DNA of 64,000 nt from an uncultured bacterium (GCA_938018055.1 CALIKL010000040.1:14695-78694); one strand, 5' to 3'; shown: positions 1 to 10,233, counted from the first letter of the stretch. Numbers and translations are program-made. The notes: generated by a model not told the origin, from the sequence alone.

Positions 1-756
1 GACGACATAGAAAGCCGGCTCGACAATCCACCGGAGCCGGTCGTGGTTACCGAAGAGTTGCCCACGGACCGACATCATGGGTGGAAGTACATCGCTTTCG
101 GGCCGGACGACAAGCTCTATGTCCCCGTTGGAGCCCCGTGCAACGTGTGTGACCGAGGGGATCCGTATGCGGCTATCCTTCGCATGAACCCGGACGGGAC
201 GGACCAGGAGGTGTTTGCGAGCGGTGTACGCAATACGGTCGGTTTCACCTGGCATCCGGAAACCGCAGAGATGTGGTTTACCGATAATGGTCGGGACAAT
301 ATGGGCGATGACATCCCACCCTGCGAATTGAATCATGCGCCCGAAGCGGGTATGGACTTTGGGTTTCCCCATATCCATGGAGCCGATATTCCCGACCCTG
401 AATTTGGCGAGGGCTTTGTGGCAGCGGACTTCACGCCTCCCGTGCAGGAGTTGGGCCCGCATGTAGCCCCGCTGGGTATGGAATTCATGCAGGAAGACGG
501 GGAGGCCCTTCCGGATCGCATCCTGATTGCAGAACACGGTTCTTGGAATCGAAGCGAGAAGATTGGATACCGGGTGACGCAAGTGACCCTGGATAGCGCA
601 GGCAGCGCGGTTTCCTACGAGCCCTTCGCTGAAGGATGGCTGCAAGGAGAAGAGTCGTGGGGACGGCCGGTAGATCTGGAATACTTGTCCGACGGATCGC
701 TTCTGGTTTCGGATGATGCAGGCGACCGTATCTACCGTATCTACCGGCCCGACTAG
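1..756 (+). CDS. PQQ-dependent sugar dehydrogenase (sorbosone/aldose dehydrogenase family), N-terminus outside window
   Basis: The frame is open from base 1 into the listed 43..756 ORF. GSDH-type propeller motifs are present: HGWKYIAFGPDDKLYVPVGAPCNVC, GVRNTVGFTWHPETAEMWFTDNGRD, GFPHIHG. Confidence 0.7.
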   Translation, partial: DDIESRLDNPPEPVVVTEELPTDRHHGWKYIAFGPDDKLYVPVGAPCNVCDRGDPYAAILRMNPDGTDQEVFASGVRNTVGFTWHPETAEMWFTDNGRDNMGDDIPPCELNHAPEAGMDFGFPHIHGADIPDPEFGEGFVAADFTPPVQELGPHVAPLGMEFMQEDGEALPDRILIAEHGSWNRSEKIGYRVTQVTLDSAGSAVSYEPFAEGWLQGEESWGRPVDLEYLSDGSLLVSDDAGDRIYRIYRPD

Positions 757-843
757 CACCGCCTGGAGTAGCTGATTGGCACGTCCGAGGCAGAGGTCAT
801 GGTCAACCTCAGGGTCCGTACGGCCTAGCCGACAGGTTAGGCT

Positions 844-2715
844 TCAGCGAATAACGGTCACGCTGCGCGCTTCCGCCGATGACTGCCCGATAATGCGCAG
901 CAAATACGTCCCTGAAGCGATGCCTCGACCGTTCAAAGCGGTTTCGTGCACCCCAGCGGGCAGAATGCCAAGCTCTGTCGTAAGTCGAACACGTCCCATC
1001 AGGTCGACCAGTTCAAGGGTGACTGCTTGTGTTCGGTCCAGTTCGAACGACGCATGCGCCGTTCCTGAGAACGGATTCGGATAAACAGAATGAAGGGAAA
1101 GCTGGGCCGGCAGGACTTCCTGATCGACCACGTCCGTGGCCATCGATAACGGGGTCCACTGCGCAAACATGGTGCTTCTCTCAGCCCCGGGGATGCGAGG
1201 ATCTCCATGCGCGAATACAATGGTGATGGCGTCATACTGACCATCCACGGTAAACGGGTCCTTCGACGGGCTCACGTCTCGGTAGCTTATCGTCCCGTCT
1301 GCAGCTTCAAGGATCAGCCGGGCCCGATGGCGCAGCACTTTCAGGTCATAGAAAAGCCCGGTCGGATCAGGCGTATCGTAAGTAACTGATAGGTCGGCTG
1401 CTTTTGTCAGCTGGAAATAATGAACTGAACCTCCATTGATCTTCTCGTCGAATTGAACCGTGAAGCCTCCTTCGCCTGTTGAGGAGGGTACCTCACCGTT
1501 AACAGGTGGGGACATGAGCGGTGAGCGGTGTGCCGATCGCTCCGGTTCTACGTATCCGAATCTTGAGTCTACGGAACGGTCATTGATTCGATTGGCGGTA
1601 TGATAATCCAGAATGACTTCCAGCAATGAAGACCCTTGCAGCGCCAGAATGGAGTCCACGCCAGTGGGCCCTTTCCTCCCCATGCGCATCATCTGACCGA
1701 CAACATCCGCCCCCATCTGCTCACCGACATACGTAAAAAACAGGCCGCTGCGTTCATAGCCGCGCGCACCCACCGAACCCTGATCCGATCGCCACGTGAA
1801 GAGAGGCAACGACAGCTCGGTGACGCTGGAGGTAAAGTTGACACCCCTCCAGTAGAAGCCGTTCATGACCATGGCATACTCTGCCAGACCCTCCGAAACG
1901 AAGGTCTGATCCGAGCCGAAGGCAAAGTGGATCAAATGAGCATACTCGTGCGCAGCGATAACTGCGAGCGTGGAGAAATTGCGGGTTCCTTCGTTTGAAT
2001 CCAGGTACAGGATATCCCGCCCATTCCCGGACGGTGAGTCGACAAGCTGATCAGCCGGCCAGAAATAGCCCAGCTTGCTCCCAGTACCTCGACCGATATC
2101 GTACATGAGAATGTCCACAATTCCGTCTCCATCCACATTGGGCGGAAGTCCAAACACATCGTGGTTATTGGCAAATGTGCCTTGGTTCGGATTGATGGAG
2201 CGAGCAGGAGTACTCTCGAGGACGGATTCCCTCAGTTGGTCAACTTTGCCCTGGTCCACGTTTTCATTGGCTAGTTCGCTTACTTCCACCCAGAGGTGAT
2301 ACAGCGTAGTCTTGTCCACCAGTTCAAATTCGAGGGATGTCACACCTCCTTCACTGACGTTGAACGATTGTCTTTCGCCAATCTCCGGGTCTAGGCTGCC
2401 CTTCCGAAGGATTGGATAGCGACCGGCTAGCCGGTCCTTTCGCACCTGTTCCAAAATGCGAAGAGATTCAGGACTTGAAAGGTCGGTGCCACACCATGAG
2501 GAATCGCCGTGGTGGACATGGTCTCCATGCGAGAAGGTCAGGTTCGATCCGTCATTGAGAATCGTTTCCGAGTGGACATGCCGTCCAGTGGAGTCTACAT
2601 TTTCGTTCTCTACGCTCGTGTGGGACAAAGCTGCTCCAGGCGTCATGAATGCGAATAATGCCGCCAGCAGCGTTGTGCAGAACACATGGGATGTGATGAG
2701 TAGCTGACGTGGCAT
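844..2715 (-). CDS. secreted HExxH zinc metallopeptidase (MA-clan-like) with T9SS C-terminal sorting domain
   Basis: Listed ORF is 844..2742. The likely start is Met at 2715, which gives the signal peptide MPRQLLITSHVFCTTLLAALFAFMTPGAALS. AAHEYAHLIHF...SEGLAEYA supplies HExxH plus a downstream Glu. The C-terminus VYPNPFSG...YLLRIIGQSSAEARSVTVIR looks like a Por-type tail. Confidence 0.7.
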   Translation of the reverse strand: MPRQLLITSHVFCTTLLAALFAFMTPGAALSHTSVENENVDSTGRHVHSETILNDGSNLTFSHGDHVHHGDSSWCGTDLSSPESLRILEQVRKDRLAGRYPILRKGSLDPEIGERQSFNVSEGGVTSLEFELVDKTTLYHLWVEVSELANENVDQGKVDQLRESVLESTPARSINPNQGTFANNHDVFGLPPNVDGDGIVDILMYDIGRGTGSKLGYFWPADQLVDSPSGNGRDILYLDSNEGTRNFSTLAVIAAHEYAHLIHFAFGSDQTFVSEGLAEYAMVMNGFYWRGVNFTSSVTELSLPLFTWRSDQGSVGARGYERSGLFFTYVGEQMGADVVGQMMRMGRKGPTGVDSILALQGSSLLEVILDYHTANRINDRSVDSRFGYVEPERSAHRSPLMSPPVNGEVPSSTGEGGFTVQFDEKINGGSVHYFQLTKAADLSVTYDTPDPTGLFYDLKVLRHRARLILEAADGTISYRDVSPSKDPFTVDGQYDAITIVFAHGDPRIPGAERSTMFAQWTPLSMATDVVDQEVLPAQLSLHSVYPNPFSGTAHASFELDRTQAVTLELVDLMGRVRLTTELGILPAGVHETALNGRGIASGTYLLRIIGQSSAEARSVTVIR

Positions 2716-2766
2716 GTTTTCTGTAATGTCCTCCGTTAACAACGCTACTAACCGTGAGGTCGTGTC

Positions 2767-3141
2767 ATGGGTTTCTCATATTCTTCCACCGTTACCCAAT
2801 GTCCAGCATGTTACCGGACGAGGTTGCGATACGGTGTTCTTGCCGCTGCTTGCGTGCTCCTGCTCATGAGTACAGCGGGTTGCTCCGCCCCAGTAAACAC
2901 CTTTCAGACGGAGCCGATTTCGGTATTCGGCGACATTACGGTGCGCGGAAACGTTCCCTTCCAGGAGGTTGTGCTGATCACGGACGACAACAATTGGTAC
3001 TTGCTGGACCTGTCGGAACAGGATCAGGCAACCCTGATGACGCCTGCCCGGGCCCGGGTTACCGGAGTGGTCCGATTGGGCGAATGGAATGGCCGACCCT
3101 TCACCCGTTTAACGGTCCAGGATCTGGTTCTCGACAATTAG
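2767..3141 (+). CDS. small lipoprotein, unknown function
   Basis: Signal peptide with lipobox (VLLLMSTAGCSAP). It was preferred over the overlapping 2754..3161 frame, which has no signal and an Arg/Gly/Pro-rich composition. Confidence 0.45.
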   Translation: MGFSYSSTVTQCPACYRTRLRYGVLAAACVLLLMSTAGCSAPVNTFQTEPISVFGDITVRGNVPFQEVVLITDDNNWYLLDLSEQDQATLMTPARARVTGVVRLGEWNGRPFTRLTVQDLVLDN

Positions 3142-3203
3142 CCGGTCCAGATACTCCGTAATTGGTTTTCGCTCCCAGCAAGGGTTCGTCGCGTGGGACG
3201 GCC

Positions 3204-5678
3204 CTACTTGATGAGCGTCATCGTCCGCGAAATTCGTTGTGCTCCAGCCGTGATCGTGTAGAGGTACAGCCCCGATGTCAGGTCTGCGGCATCGAAGGTG
3301 ACCTCATGTTGCCCTGCGCTCATGGGGCCGTTGACCAGCGTAGCAACATTTCGACCGAGCAAATCGAACACCTGAAGCCTCACGTCAGATGTCTGTGGAA
3401 GACTGAAACGGATTTGCGTGCTCGGATTGAACGGGTTGGGATAGTTCTGTTGAAGAGCGAGGGTTCGGGGCAGCGTCGCATCTGTTTCGGTATCTGTAGC
3501 GCCCCCAACCAGATTGATCTTTGCCCGGATTGGTACCACTAAGCCGTCGAAGACACTGGAACCGTCTCCACTGGTGATTCCATCGAAAGAGGCCCATCCC
3601 AATCCCGAATTCGAGAAATCGAAGTACATGAAGCTGGGCGTGTCCGTGACTTGCAGATTGGAAAAGGGGAGGAAAATGTGATTGTCGTCTGATCCCGCGT
3701 CAGATACACTCACATATACCCGCCCCTGGTAATTCTGAAGAACACCTATGTCTCCGCTCAAATCTATGGTCTGAAAGGTGAGCTGAGGTGTGCTGGCACC
3801 TGCGGACCAGGCGAGTTCCTTCTCAAGGATGAGGTTACCCGGCTCTCCAGCGAGGTCGTCGTATACTTTCAGCGTGAAATCTTTTACGCTCGAAGTGACG
3901 GTGACCCCACTGAGGTTCTCGAAGAAAAGCATCGATATATCGACTGAGGAGAGCGCCCCACCCTCGGGCACATCAAACACATTGGCGAACTCGGTACTGG
4001 CGGGCAGCGAGGCCTGCAAGCTGCCTCCGAGGCCGTATCCGATAAGGTTTCCGCTGGAAGTAGCCGCTTGACCGTTATCGTAACTGATTTCTTCGAATTG
4101 GGCTGAACCTGAAAACGTTGCCCAGGAAGCGTTGACGCTGAATGAGGCGGGGGCGGATGTCAAAAGATCGACGTGCGGCAATACCAGGTAGACCTCTTCA
4201 AAATTGCCTGTGACGGTAGTTGGTTCGCCCGCGACTTCGGGGGTGACTTGCCGCATTGTGCCAAACGCTGGGCGGTAGAACAACAGCGGCATCATCCGAT
4301 CCGCGCCTGAGGACGCTCCGATGTTGAGCGTGAAGTCACCCACCTGCGTCCAGCGAAGGTATCTGACAGCTCCAGGATTCAAGTTTCCGTTGGTGGAGGA
4401 CGTTGACGCCAGGGATCCGTCGATGGTCTGGAACCCGGTGGCTCCGATAGAGGATCTGAAGGAGCTCTCGTATCCGAATGCGGGGTTCAGCGACTGATCA
4501 TTGATCAGATTAGCCGCATGAAACCCTTGAACAAGGTCCCGAAGGAAGGAAACGTCCAGGAAATTGTCCGTCATCAGTTTGGTATAATTTCCCACGCCCG
4601 ACCCATCGCTGCGTGCTATCGCTCCGACTAAGTCCGTGCCCAGACGTTCTGCCAGGTAGTGATGGAATAGCCCGCCGCGTTGATAGTCCTGACCCATGGG
4701 CCCTCCGTACGGCTCGCTGTTTGCATCGCGCCAATCGAGCATCGAGCGTGTCAGCTCACTTGCCTCCCCGAGGTAAGTGATGGATCGAGGTGTGTAACCA
4801 TTTACCACTTCAGCCCATTCAGCCAGTCCTTCATCGATGAACGTCAAGTCTCCACCGCCGTGCTGAACAGCGAAAATCAGGTGCTGGTATTCGTGCGCAA
4901 TCGTTTGTAGAACAAATTCAGATCCGCGTCGGGAGCCATCTGATCGATAAATGGAGGGATAGGTGTCCAGGTGGATGATATCCGCGCCGTTACCGTTGGT
5001 CAGGTCAGCTGGGGAGTAGTATCCGGCGGTAAATGTGATATTACCCGATCCCGGGTCGAAATTGTCCTTGATGTCGTGAACCAGTACATCCACTTTGCCA
5101 TTGCCGTCAATGTCGGACGGTGGGCCGAAAACAGATTCATCGATTTCGATGATTCCCAAGCTTGGATCCCACGAGTCCTGCGGGGTCGATGTGCCAAGAG
5201 CCACTGCAAACTCCAGCCAGTCGGACTCTACCAGCCGCCCGCCGTTTGACGCCAAGTCGGGGTTGGCAATCCACAGGTTGAATCGGGACTCGCTAACCAT
5301 CAGGGTAAACGTCTCGCTGAAGTACTGGCATCCGCTACTGGTCGTGCACGTCCTGAAGTCCAGTAACTGGAAGGTGCGTTCATCTCCCGGAGTGAAGGGT
5401 GAAGTACTCCCATCATTTTTAGGTAACTGCCCTGAATTCTTCAAACGATGTAGTTCGGCAAGTGCTGCACGGCCTTCCGGGGAATTCAACAGCTCAGGCG
5501 TTCGGTGTATCACGTTCAGCCCGTCTGAGTGGGCTCCTTCAGGGGTGACTTGGACCTCGTGGGGTTGGTGTCTGAGCTCCACGCGTTGAGCGTGGCTTTC
5601 CGTAACGAAAGGCAGTCCAAGGGAGAGACCCAGAAATGCGAAAAGAGAAAAGAAACTGAGACGGTGCATGCGATTCAT
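3204..5678 (-). CDS. secreted HExxH zinc metallopeptidase (paralogue of 844..2715) with T9SS C-terminal sorting domain
   Basis: Signal peptide MNRMHRLSFFSLFAFLGLSLGLPFVTESHAQ. IAHEYQHLIFAV...DEGLAEWAEVVNGY gives the metal-binding motif. The C-terminal tail NYPNPFNPSTQIRFSLPQ...LYLYTITAGAQRISRTMTLIK is a classic Por_Secre_tail pattern. Confidence 0.75.
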   Translation of the reverse strand: MNRMHRLSFFSLFAFLGLSLGLPFVTESHAQRVELRHQPHEVQVTPEGAHSDGLNVIHRTPELLNSPEGRAALAELHRLKNSGQLPKNDGSTSPFTPGDERTFQLLDFRTCTTSSGCQYFSETFTLMVSESRFNLWIANPDLASNGGRLVESDWLEFAVALGTSTPQDSWDPSLGIIEIDESVFGPPSDIDGNGKVDVLVHDIKDNFDPGSGNITFTAGYYSPADLTNGNGADIIHLDTYPSIYRSDGSRRGSEFVLQTIAHEYQHLIFAVQHGGGDLTFIDEGLAEWAEVVNGYTPRSITYLGEASELTRSMLDWRDANSEPYGGPMGQDYQRGGLFHHYLAERLGTDLVGAIARSDGSGVGNYTKLMTDNFLDVSFLRDLVQGFHAANLINDQSLNPAFGYESSFRSSIGATGFQTIDGSLASTSSTNGNLNPGAVRYLRWTQVGDFTLNIGASSGADRMMPLLFYRPAFGTMRQVTPEVAGEPTTVTGNFEEVYLVLPHVDLLTSAPASFSVNASWATFSGSAQFEEISYDNGQAATSSGNLIGYGLGGSLQASLPASTEFANVFDVPEGGALSSVDISMLFFENLSGVTVTSSVKDFTLKVYDDLAGEPGNLILEKELAWSAGASTPQLTFQTIDLSGDIGVLQNYQGRVYVSVSDAGSDDNHIFLPFSNLQVTDTPSFMYFDFSNSGLGWASFDGITSGDGSSVFDGLVVPIRAKINLVGGATDTETDATLPRTLALQQNYPNPFNPSTQIRFSLPQTSDVRLQVFDLLGRNVATLVNGPMSAGQHEVTFDAADLTSGLYLYTITAGAQRISRTMTLIK

Positions 5679-5909
5679 ACCAACCTGGTGGGCGTTCGGC
5701 GTACCACATACGTCATGAAAAGCCCGACAACGGCAAAAAGAGGGTGAATGGGTATCAGATGCCTTTCAACGGGGCAAAAATTAGTCCAATTTCAGGCTGA
5801 CCTCATGATTGAAAGTCCTCAAAAAAGCTTTCGGCTTCAAAAGTACTGAGCCGGTTCGACCAAACCTTAAAAACGGAGAAACGCTGGAACGGTTCGGGCA
5901 ACACAAGTC

Positions 5910-6302
5910 TTGTACGATAGTGCTCTCCTTCCTGACCCATCTACCATGCGATCGCTGACCCCTGAAGAAGCTCGAGTCATCCTCCATAAAGGCACGGAAG
6001 CTCCCTATTCCGGCGAGTACGACAATTTCTACGAGTCTGGAACGTATCACTGCAGACAGTGCGATGCTGCTTTGTATCAAAGTGCTGATAAATTTTCATC
6101 CGGTTGCGGATGGCCCAGCTTTGACGAGGAAGTCCCGGGGGCGGTAAGACGGGTAGCGGATGCCGATGGCCGTCGCACCGAAATCATCTGCGCACAGTGT
6201 GACGGGCATCTTGGGCACGTGTTCATCGGAGAGCGTTTTACCGCAAAGAACACCCGCCACTGTGTGAATTCCATTTCGCTTGTTTTCAAAAGCGACCAGT
6301 AA
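5910..6302 (+). CDS. msrB: peptide-methionine (R)-S-oxide reductase
   Basis: CRQCDAALY...[20 protein letters not shown] and RHCVNSISL give two CxxC zinc pairs plus the catalytic Cys context. ATG at 5946 is an alternative start. Confidence 0.9.
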   Translation: MYDSALLPDPSTMRSLTPEEARVILHKGTEAPYSGEYDNFYESGTYHCRQCDAALYQSADKFSSGCGWPSFDEEVPGAVRRVADADGRRTEIICAQCDGHLGHVFIGERFTAKNTRHCVNSISLVFKSDQ

Positions 6303-6349
6303 TCTCACTACCGGTAAACCTATTGCCGTAAAGCACGAGTATTGAAACC

Positions 6350-6844
6350 ATGACGAATCGCGCCATTTTCGCTTCCGGCTGCTTCTGGGGTACAGAGCAT
6401 TTCATGCAACGCGCCCAAGGCGTACTGACTACTCGGGTTGGTTTTTCAGGCGGCCACGTCAAGAATCCTGCGTACCGGGAAGTATGCCGGGGAACGACTG
6501 GTCACGCCGAAGTGGTTGAGGTAACCTGGGATCCGACCCAAACCGATTACGAGACGCTGGCGCGGCTCTTTTTTGAAACGCACGATCCGACTCAAGTCAA
6601 TCGTCAGGGTCCCGATGTCGGTACCCAGTACCGATCCGCCATCTACTACCTGGATGAGCACCAGCGTGAGGTTGCCGAAAAACTGATTGGAATCCTGATC
6701 GAGCAAGGACTGGATGTGGCCACGGAAGTCACGGCTGCCGGTCCGGTATACGAGGCCGAGGAGTACCATCAAGACTATTACGCCAAGACGGGTGGCTCAC
6801 CATACTGCCACACGTACATCCCTCGATTTCCGAGCAGCGACTGA
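6350..6844 (+). CDS. msrA: peptide-methionine (S)-S-oxide reductase
   Basis: N-terminal active-site motif FASGCFWGTEHFM, and YHQDYY near the C-terminus. Confidence 0.9.
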   Translation: MTNRAIFASGCFWGTEHFMQRAQGVLTTRVGFSGGHVKNPAYREVCRGTTGHAEVVEVTWDPTQTDYETLARLFFETHDPTQVNRQGPDVGTQYRSAIYYLDEHQREVAEKLIGILIEQGLDVATEVTAAGPVYEAEEYHQDYYAKTGGSPYCHTYIPRFPSSD

Positions 6845-6864
6845 GCGGATCGACGAGACAACAG

Positions 6865-8043
6865 CTATTTGATCGTGGCCATGTAAACGTGGCCACGGAT
6901 TCCTTCGGCCGCTTGGCCAATCAGTGCTTTGTCGCGGTCCAGCGCGATGGCTGCCCCGAACGCGGATTCACCTACATCAATGACACGGCGTTGACGCCAA
7001 CCGTCTCGCGACGATTCGAATACGTACACAACCTGGTCTACGTTGAAGTCCAGCTCGAGCTGTTCGTCGAACCCGGAGACCAAGACGACGTCGTTGCCGA
7101 GTGCCACACGGGTTCCAAACGCTCCCGCTGCATAGGGTGATTTTGGGCGCAGCGTAACCAGGCGTTGCCATTCGTCATCGCGGAAACGAAGCAGGTTGGC
7201 ACTGCCCGATCCCTGGGACCCGCCTCGCGACTCACCAATCAAAAGAAGGTCATCCCGGATATCGACATCAATGAAGAATCCGTCGACGCCGCGTACGGTG
7301 GTATGATGGGACCACGCATCACCATCGCGTCGGTACACGGCCACGAATCCCGGCTGCTGCCTCGAATAGGTTGAACCGGACACCACTGCCCATCGCCCAT
7401 CCATGGCTGCGGACGTTCCCAGCGTGCCGGATCCAAGGGGCAGGGGACTTACAAGCGTGGATTCCAGGGACCATTCGTCGTCAGATGCACGAAATACGAA
7501 TCCTTTGCCATTGGCACCGCTGCCTGAAGCATCCCCGGCGGAAGTGATCAGAAGACGATCTCCATCCAGATCGATGGACGATGCAAATGGACCTGACGCG
7601 TCCCGATCTGGACTCGACAGCCTGGCGGTTTGCGTCCAAACGTCGTCTTCCAGTTCGAAGACATACACGTGGTTGGAGACAGCGCGTCCGATGAAAGTCC
7701 GGAATGCCGAAACGGCAATGCGCTTACCATCCAGCGCAACGGCCTTTCCGAAGAACGCGCCTTCCTCACATACAGAAGCTTCGAGGCGTTGAGTCGCCTT
7801 CCAGGAAGATCCGTCACGACGATACACCCATGCGGATCCTGCATTCAATCCACAGCGATCATCTCCTGTAGCACCGACAATAGCCCAATCTCCGTCTATC
7901 GCGACGGCCCCTCCAAAAAACACGGAACCCAAGGAGTCAGGTCTGGGCAGTTTGGCTAGCTGCCCGTTGGCTTCGGGAATGAAGATTCCGGAGGACAGGA
8001 AAGACGCTATGAGGAGAAGACGAATCACAGATCGTAAAACCAC
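6865..8043 (-). CDS. secreted seven-repeat FG-GAP-like beta-propeller protein
   Basis: Signal peptide MVLRSVIRLLLIASFLSSGIFIPEANGQ. Seven tandem units follow, of the type FGGAVAIDGDWAIVGA / FGKAVALDGKRIAVSA / FASSIDLDGDRLLITS / LGTSAAMDGRWAVVSG / ...DIRDDLLLIGE / FGTRVALGNDVVLVSG / FGAAIALDRDKALIGQ. Confidence 0.6.
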   Translation of the reverse strand: MVLRSVIRLLLIASFLSSGIFIPEANGQLAKLPRPDSLGSVFFGGAVAIDGDWAIVGATGDDRCGLNAGSAWVYRRDGSSWKATQRLEASVCEEGAFFGKAVALDGKRIAVSAFRTFIGRAVSNHVYVFELEDDVWTQTARLSSPDRDASGPFASSIDLDGDRLLITSAGDASGSGANGKGFVFRASDDEWSLESTLVSPLPLGSGTLGTSAAMDGRWAVVSGSTYSRQQPGFVAVYRRDGDAWSHHTTVRGVDGFFIDVDIRDDLLLIGESRGGSQGSGSANLLRFRDDEWQRLVTLRPKSPYAAGAFGTRVALGNDVVLVSGFDEQLELDFNVDQVVYVFESSRDGWRQRRVIDVGESAFGAAIALDRDKALIGQAAEGIRGHVYMATIK

Positions 8044-8133
8044 TCGGAATGACCCCGGTTGCGGAGAATGAGCGCTTTTTTACTGGTGTGCCGCTATGAC
8101 GCAGCGAATCGTCACTTCCGGTCCGTGAGTCGG

Positions 8134-10197
8134 CTAGAGGCTCAGCTCCCGTTCCGTGACAGCCTCTGCCAGTTCCTCCCACCAGGCCGTCTTCTCATCC
8201 AGTTTGGATTTGGCTGACTCGTAGGACGTCATGAGCTTTTTGCCCTGGACCGGGTCGGAGAACAGCGAGGGGTCTGCCAGTTTACCTTCCATCTTGGCGA
8301 CTTTGGACTCGAGCTCCTCCACCTCGGTTGAGGCCTGTTCAAACTCTTTTTTCAGTTGGTAATCGTTCAGTCCTGCGGTCCTGGAAGAGCTTGCCTTGAT
8401 CTGCTGCTTACGCTTGCGAGCGCGTTCTTCCGCCTCGCGACGTTTCTGCTCCTTGGTCTTGGGACCGCTACTGGACGAGCCATTTGAACGGGAGCCAGAT
8501 CCTTTCGAAGAGGCGATATCTGGTCTGGGAGCAAGTTTGGCAGATTCCTTTGGCGCGTCGGCGCGGGCGGTACCGTGCTCGACCTGCCAGAGATAGTCAC
8601 TGTAATTGCCTTCAAACTGCTGAACCTCACTCGCGCCGGCGCGCCACACCTTGGTAACGATCTCGTCGAGGAAGTGTCGGTTGTGAGATACCACCAGGAA
8701 CGTCCCAGTGTACTGGCGCAGCGCTTCGGCCAGTACGGCGATGGACTGGATATCGAGGTGGTTGGTGGGTTCGTCCAGGATGAGCAGGTTGGCCGGCGAG
8801 GCCAATGTCCGCGCCAGGGCGACGCGGCTGCGTTCCCCTCCCGAAAGCACCTTTACCGGTTTGAATACGTCATCGCCACGGAATAGGAAGGCACCCAGCA
8901 GGGTGCGCAATTCTGTTTCAGAACGATCCGGTGCCGCCGAACGCAATGCTTCCAGCGCCGTCTGATTCCGATCAAGCGTTTCCGCCTGGTGCTGCGCGAA
9001 AAACGTGATTTCCGCGTTGTAGCCCTCTTTGCGCTCTCCGTCAAAGGATTCAGTACCAAGCAGCATGCGGGCCAGGGTCGACTTGCCGGCCCCATTCCGC
9101 CCAATTAGAGCGATTTTGTCGCCCCGCTCAATGTGGATCGGACCGGCCTTGCGGAAGACTTCCACGTCCGGTCCATGGTCTGAGGGATAGGTCTTGGAAA
9201 ATGATTCCAATTCCATAACCACTTTTCCAGACCTGGGCGGTTCGGGAAAACGAAACGAAATGGTTGCTTCGTCTGAGGGAGGTTCGGGCACCCTCTCCAA
9301 CTTCTCGAGCATCTTGACTCGGGACTGGACCTGGGTGGCCTTGGTATTCTTGTAGCGGAAGCGTTCGATGAATCGCTCATTGTCGGCAATCATCTTTTGC
9401 TGATTAATCCATGCCGAGCGCTGCAACTCGCGCCGCTCAACCCGGTCCTGCAAGTAGAAACTGTAGTTTCCAGCATATTCGGTCAACTTTCCCTGAATCA
9501 GCTCTACCGTCGTATCCACCATCCGGTCCAGAAAGTAGCGATCGTGAGAGACCAGGACGACCGTCCCCGGGTAGGACTTGAGATACGTCTCCAGCCAGTC
9601 AATGGAGTCGATGTCCAAGTGGTTTGTCGGCTCGTCAAGCAGGAGGACATCCGGTTGGCGAAGAAGCAGTTTGGCCAGAGCTACACGCATGCGCCAGCCG
9701 CCCGAGAACGTAGACAGATCCCGGTCAAAGTCGTCCGCCTCGAATCCCAGCCCGCTCAGTACCGACTGGGTGCGGGGTGTGATGAGGTGGATCTCTCGGG
9801 TCAACAGCTGTTGGTGTACCGCATCGAATTGGCGCATCAGCTGCTGATACGTCTCTGACGTATGGTCCTCGTGCGACTCCATGGCAGCAATCAGGCGCTG
9901 TTCTTCCTTCTCCAGATCAAGCGTATCCTGAAAGGCTTTGATGGCTTCTTCCAAGACCGTCGTTCCAATCGATACTTCTTCCGTTTCCTGGCGGAGGTAG
10001 CCGACGGTCTGTCCTGCAAAGACAATGCTGCCGTCATCGGCCGACAGCTCACCAGAAATCAGCTTCAGGAGCGTCGATTTTCCTGCTCCGTTGGGCCCGA
10101 CAAGGCCAAACCGCTTGCCGATTCGAAGCCCCCACGAGGTTCTGTCCAGGATGACCTGGGAGCCAAAAGCCAGCGATATGTTTTGAATCTGAATCAT
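8134..10197 (-). CDS. ABC-F family ATPase (Uup/YheS-like, no membrane domain)
   Basis: Two ABC cassettes are present: GPNGAGKSTLLKL with LSGGWRMRVALAKLL and LLLDEPTNHLD, then GRNGAGKSTLARM with LSGGERSRVALA and LILDEPTNHLD. There is an inter-cassette linker, a Ser/Lys-rich spacer and a C-terminal K/E coiled coil. Confidence 0.85.
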   Translation of the reverse strand: MIQIQNISLAFGSQVILDRTSWGLRIGKRFGLVGPNGAGKSTLLKLISGELSADDGSIVFAGQTVGYLRQETEEVSIGTTVLEEAIKAFQDTLDLEKEEQRLIAAMESHEDHTSETYQQLMRQFDAVHQQLLTREIHLITPRTQSVLSGLGFEADDFDRDLSTFSGGWRMRVALAKLLLRQPDVLLLDEPTNHLDIDSIDWLETYLKSYPGTVVLVSHDRYFLDRMVDTTVELIQGKLTEYAGNYSFYLQDRVERRELQRSAWINQQKMIADNERFIERFRYKNTKATQVQSRVKMLEKLERVPEPPSDEATISFRFPEPPRSGKVVMELESFSKTYPSDHGPDVEVFRKAGPIHIERGDKIALIGRNGAGKSTLARMLLGTESFDGERKEGYNAEITFFAQHQAETLDRNQTALEALRSAAPDRSETELRTLLGAFLFRGDDVFKPVKVLSGGERSRVALARTLASPANLLILDEPTNHLDIQSIAVLAEALRQYTGTFLVVSHNRHFLDEIVTKVWRAGASEVQQFEGNYSDYLWQVEHGTARADAPKESAKLAPRPDIASSKGSGSRSNGSSSSGPKTKEQKRREAEERARKRKQQIKASSSRTAGLNDYQLKKEFEQASTEVEELESKVAKMEGKLADPSLFSDPVQGKKLMTSYESAKSKLDEKTAWWEELAEAVTERELSL

Positions 10198-10233
10198 GAG
10201 TGGAAAGTCCGCTATCCTTCAGGTCTGCGCACT

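Noticed and set aside
5781-6080. 99-aa minus-strand ORF spanning the peptidase/msrB intergenic region.
   Set aside because: It overlaps the msrB 5' end, has no motif, and its composition is not coding-like. The region is better explained as divergent promoter space.
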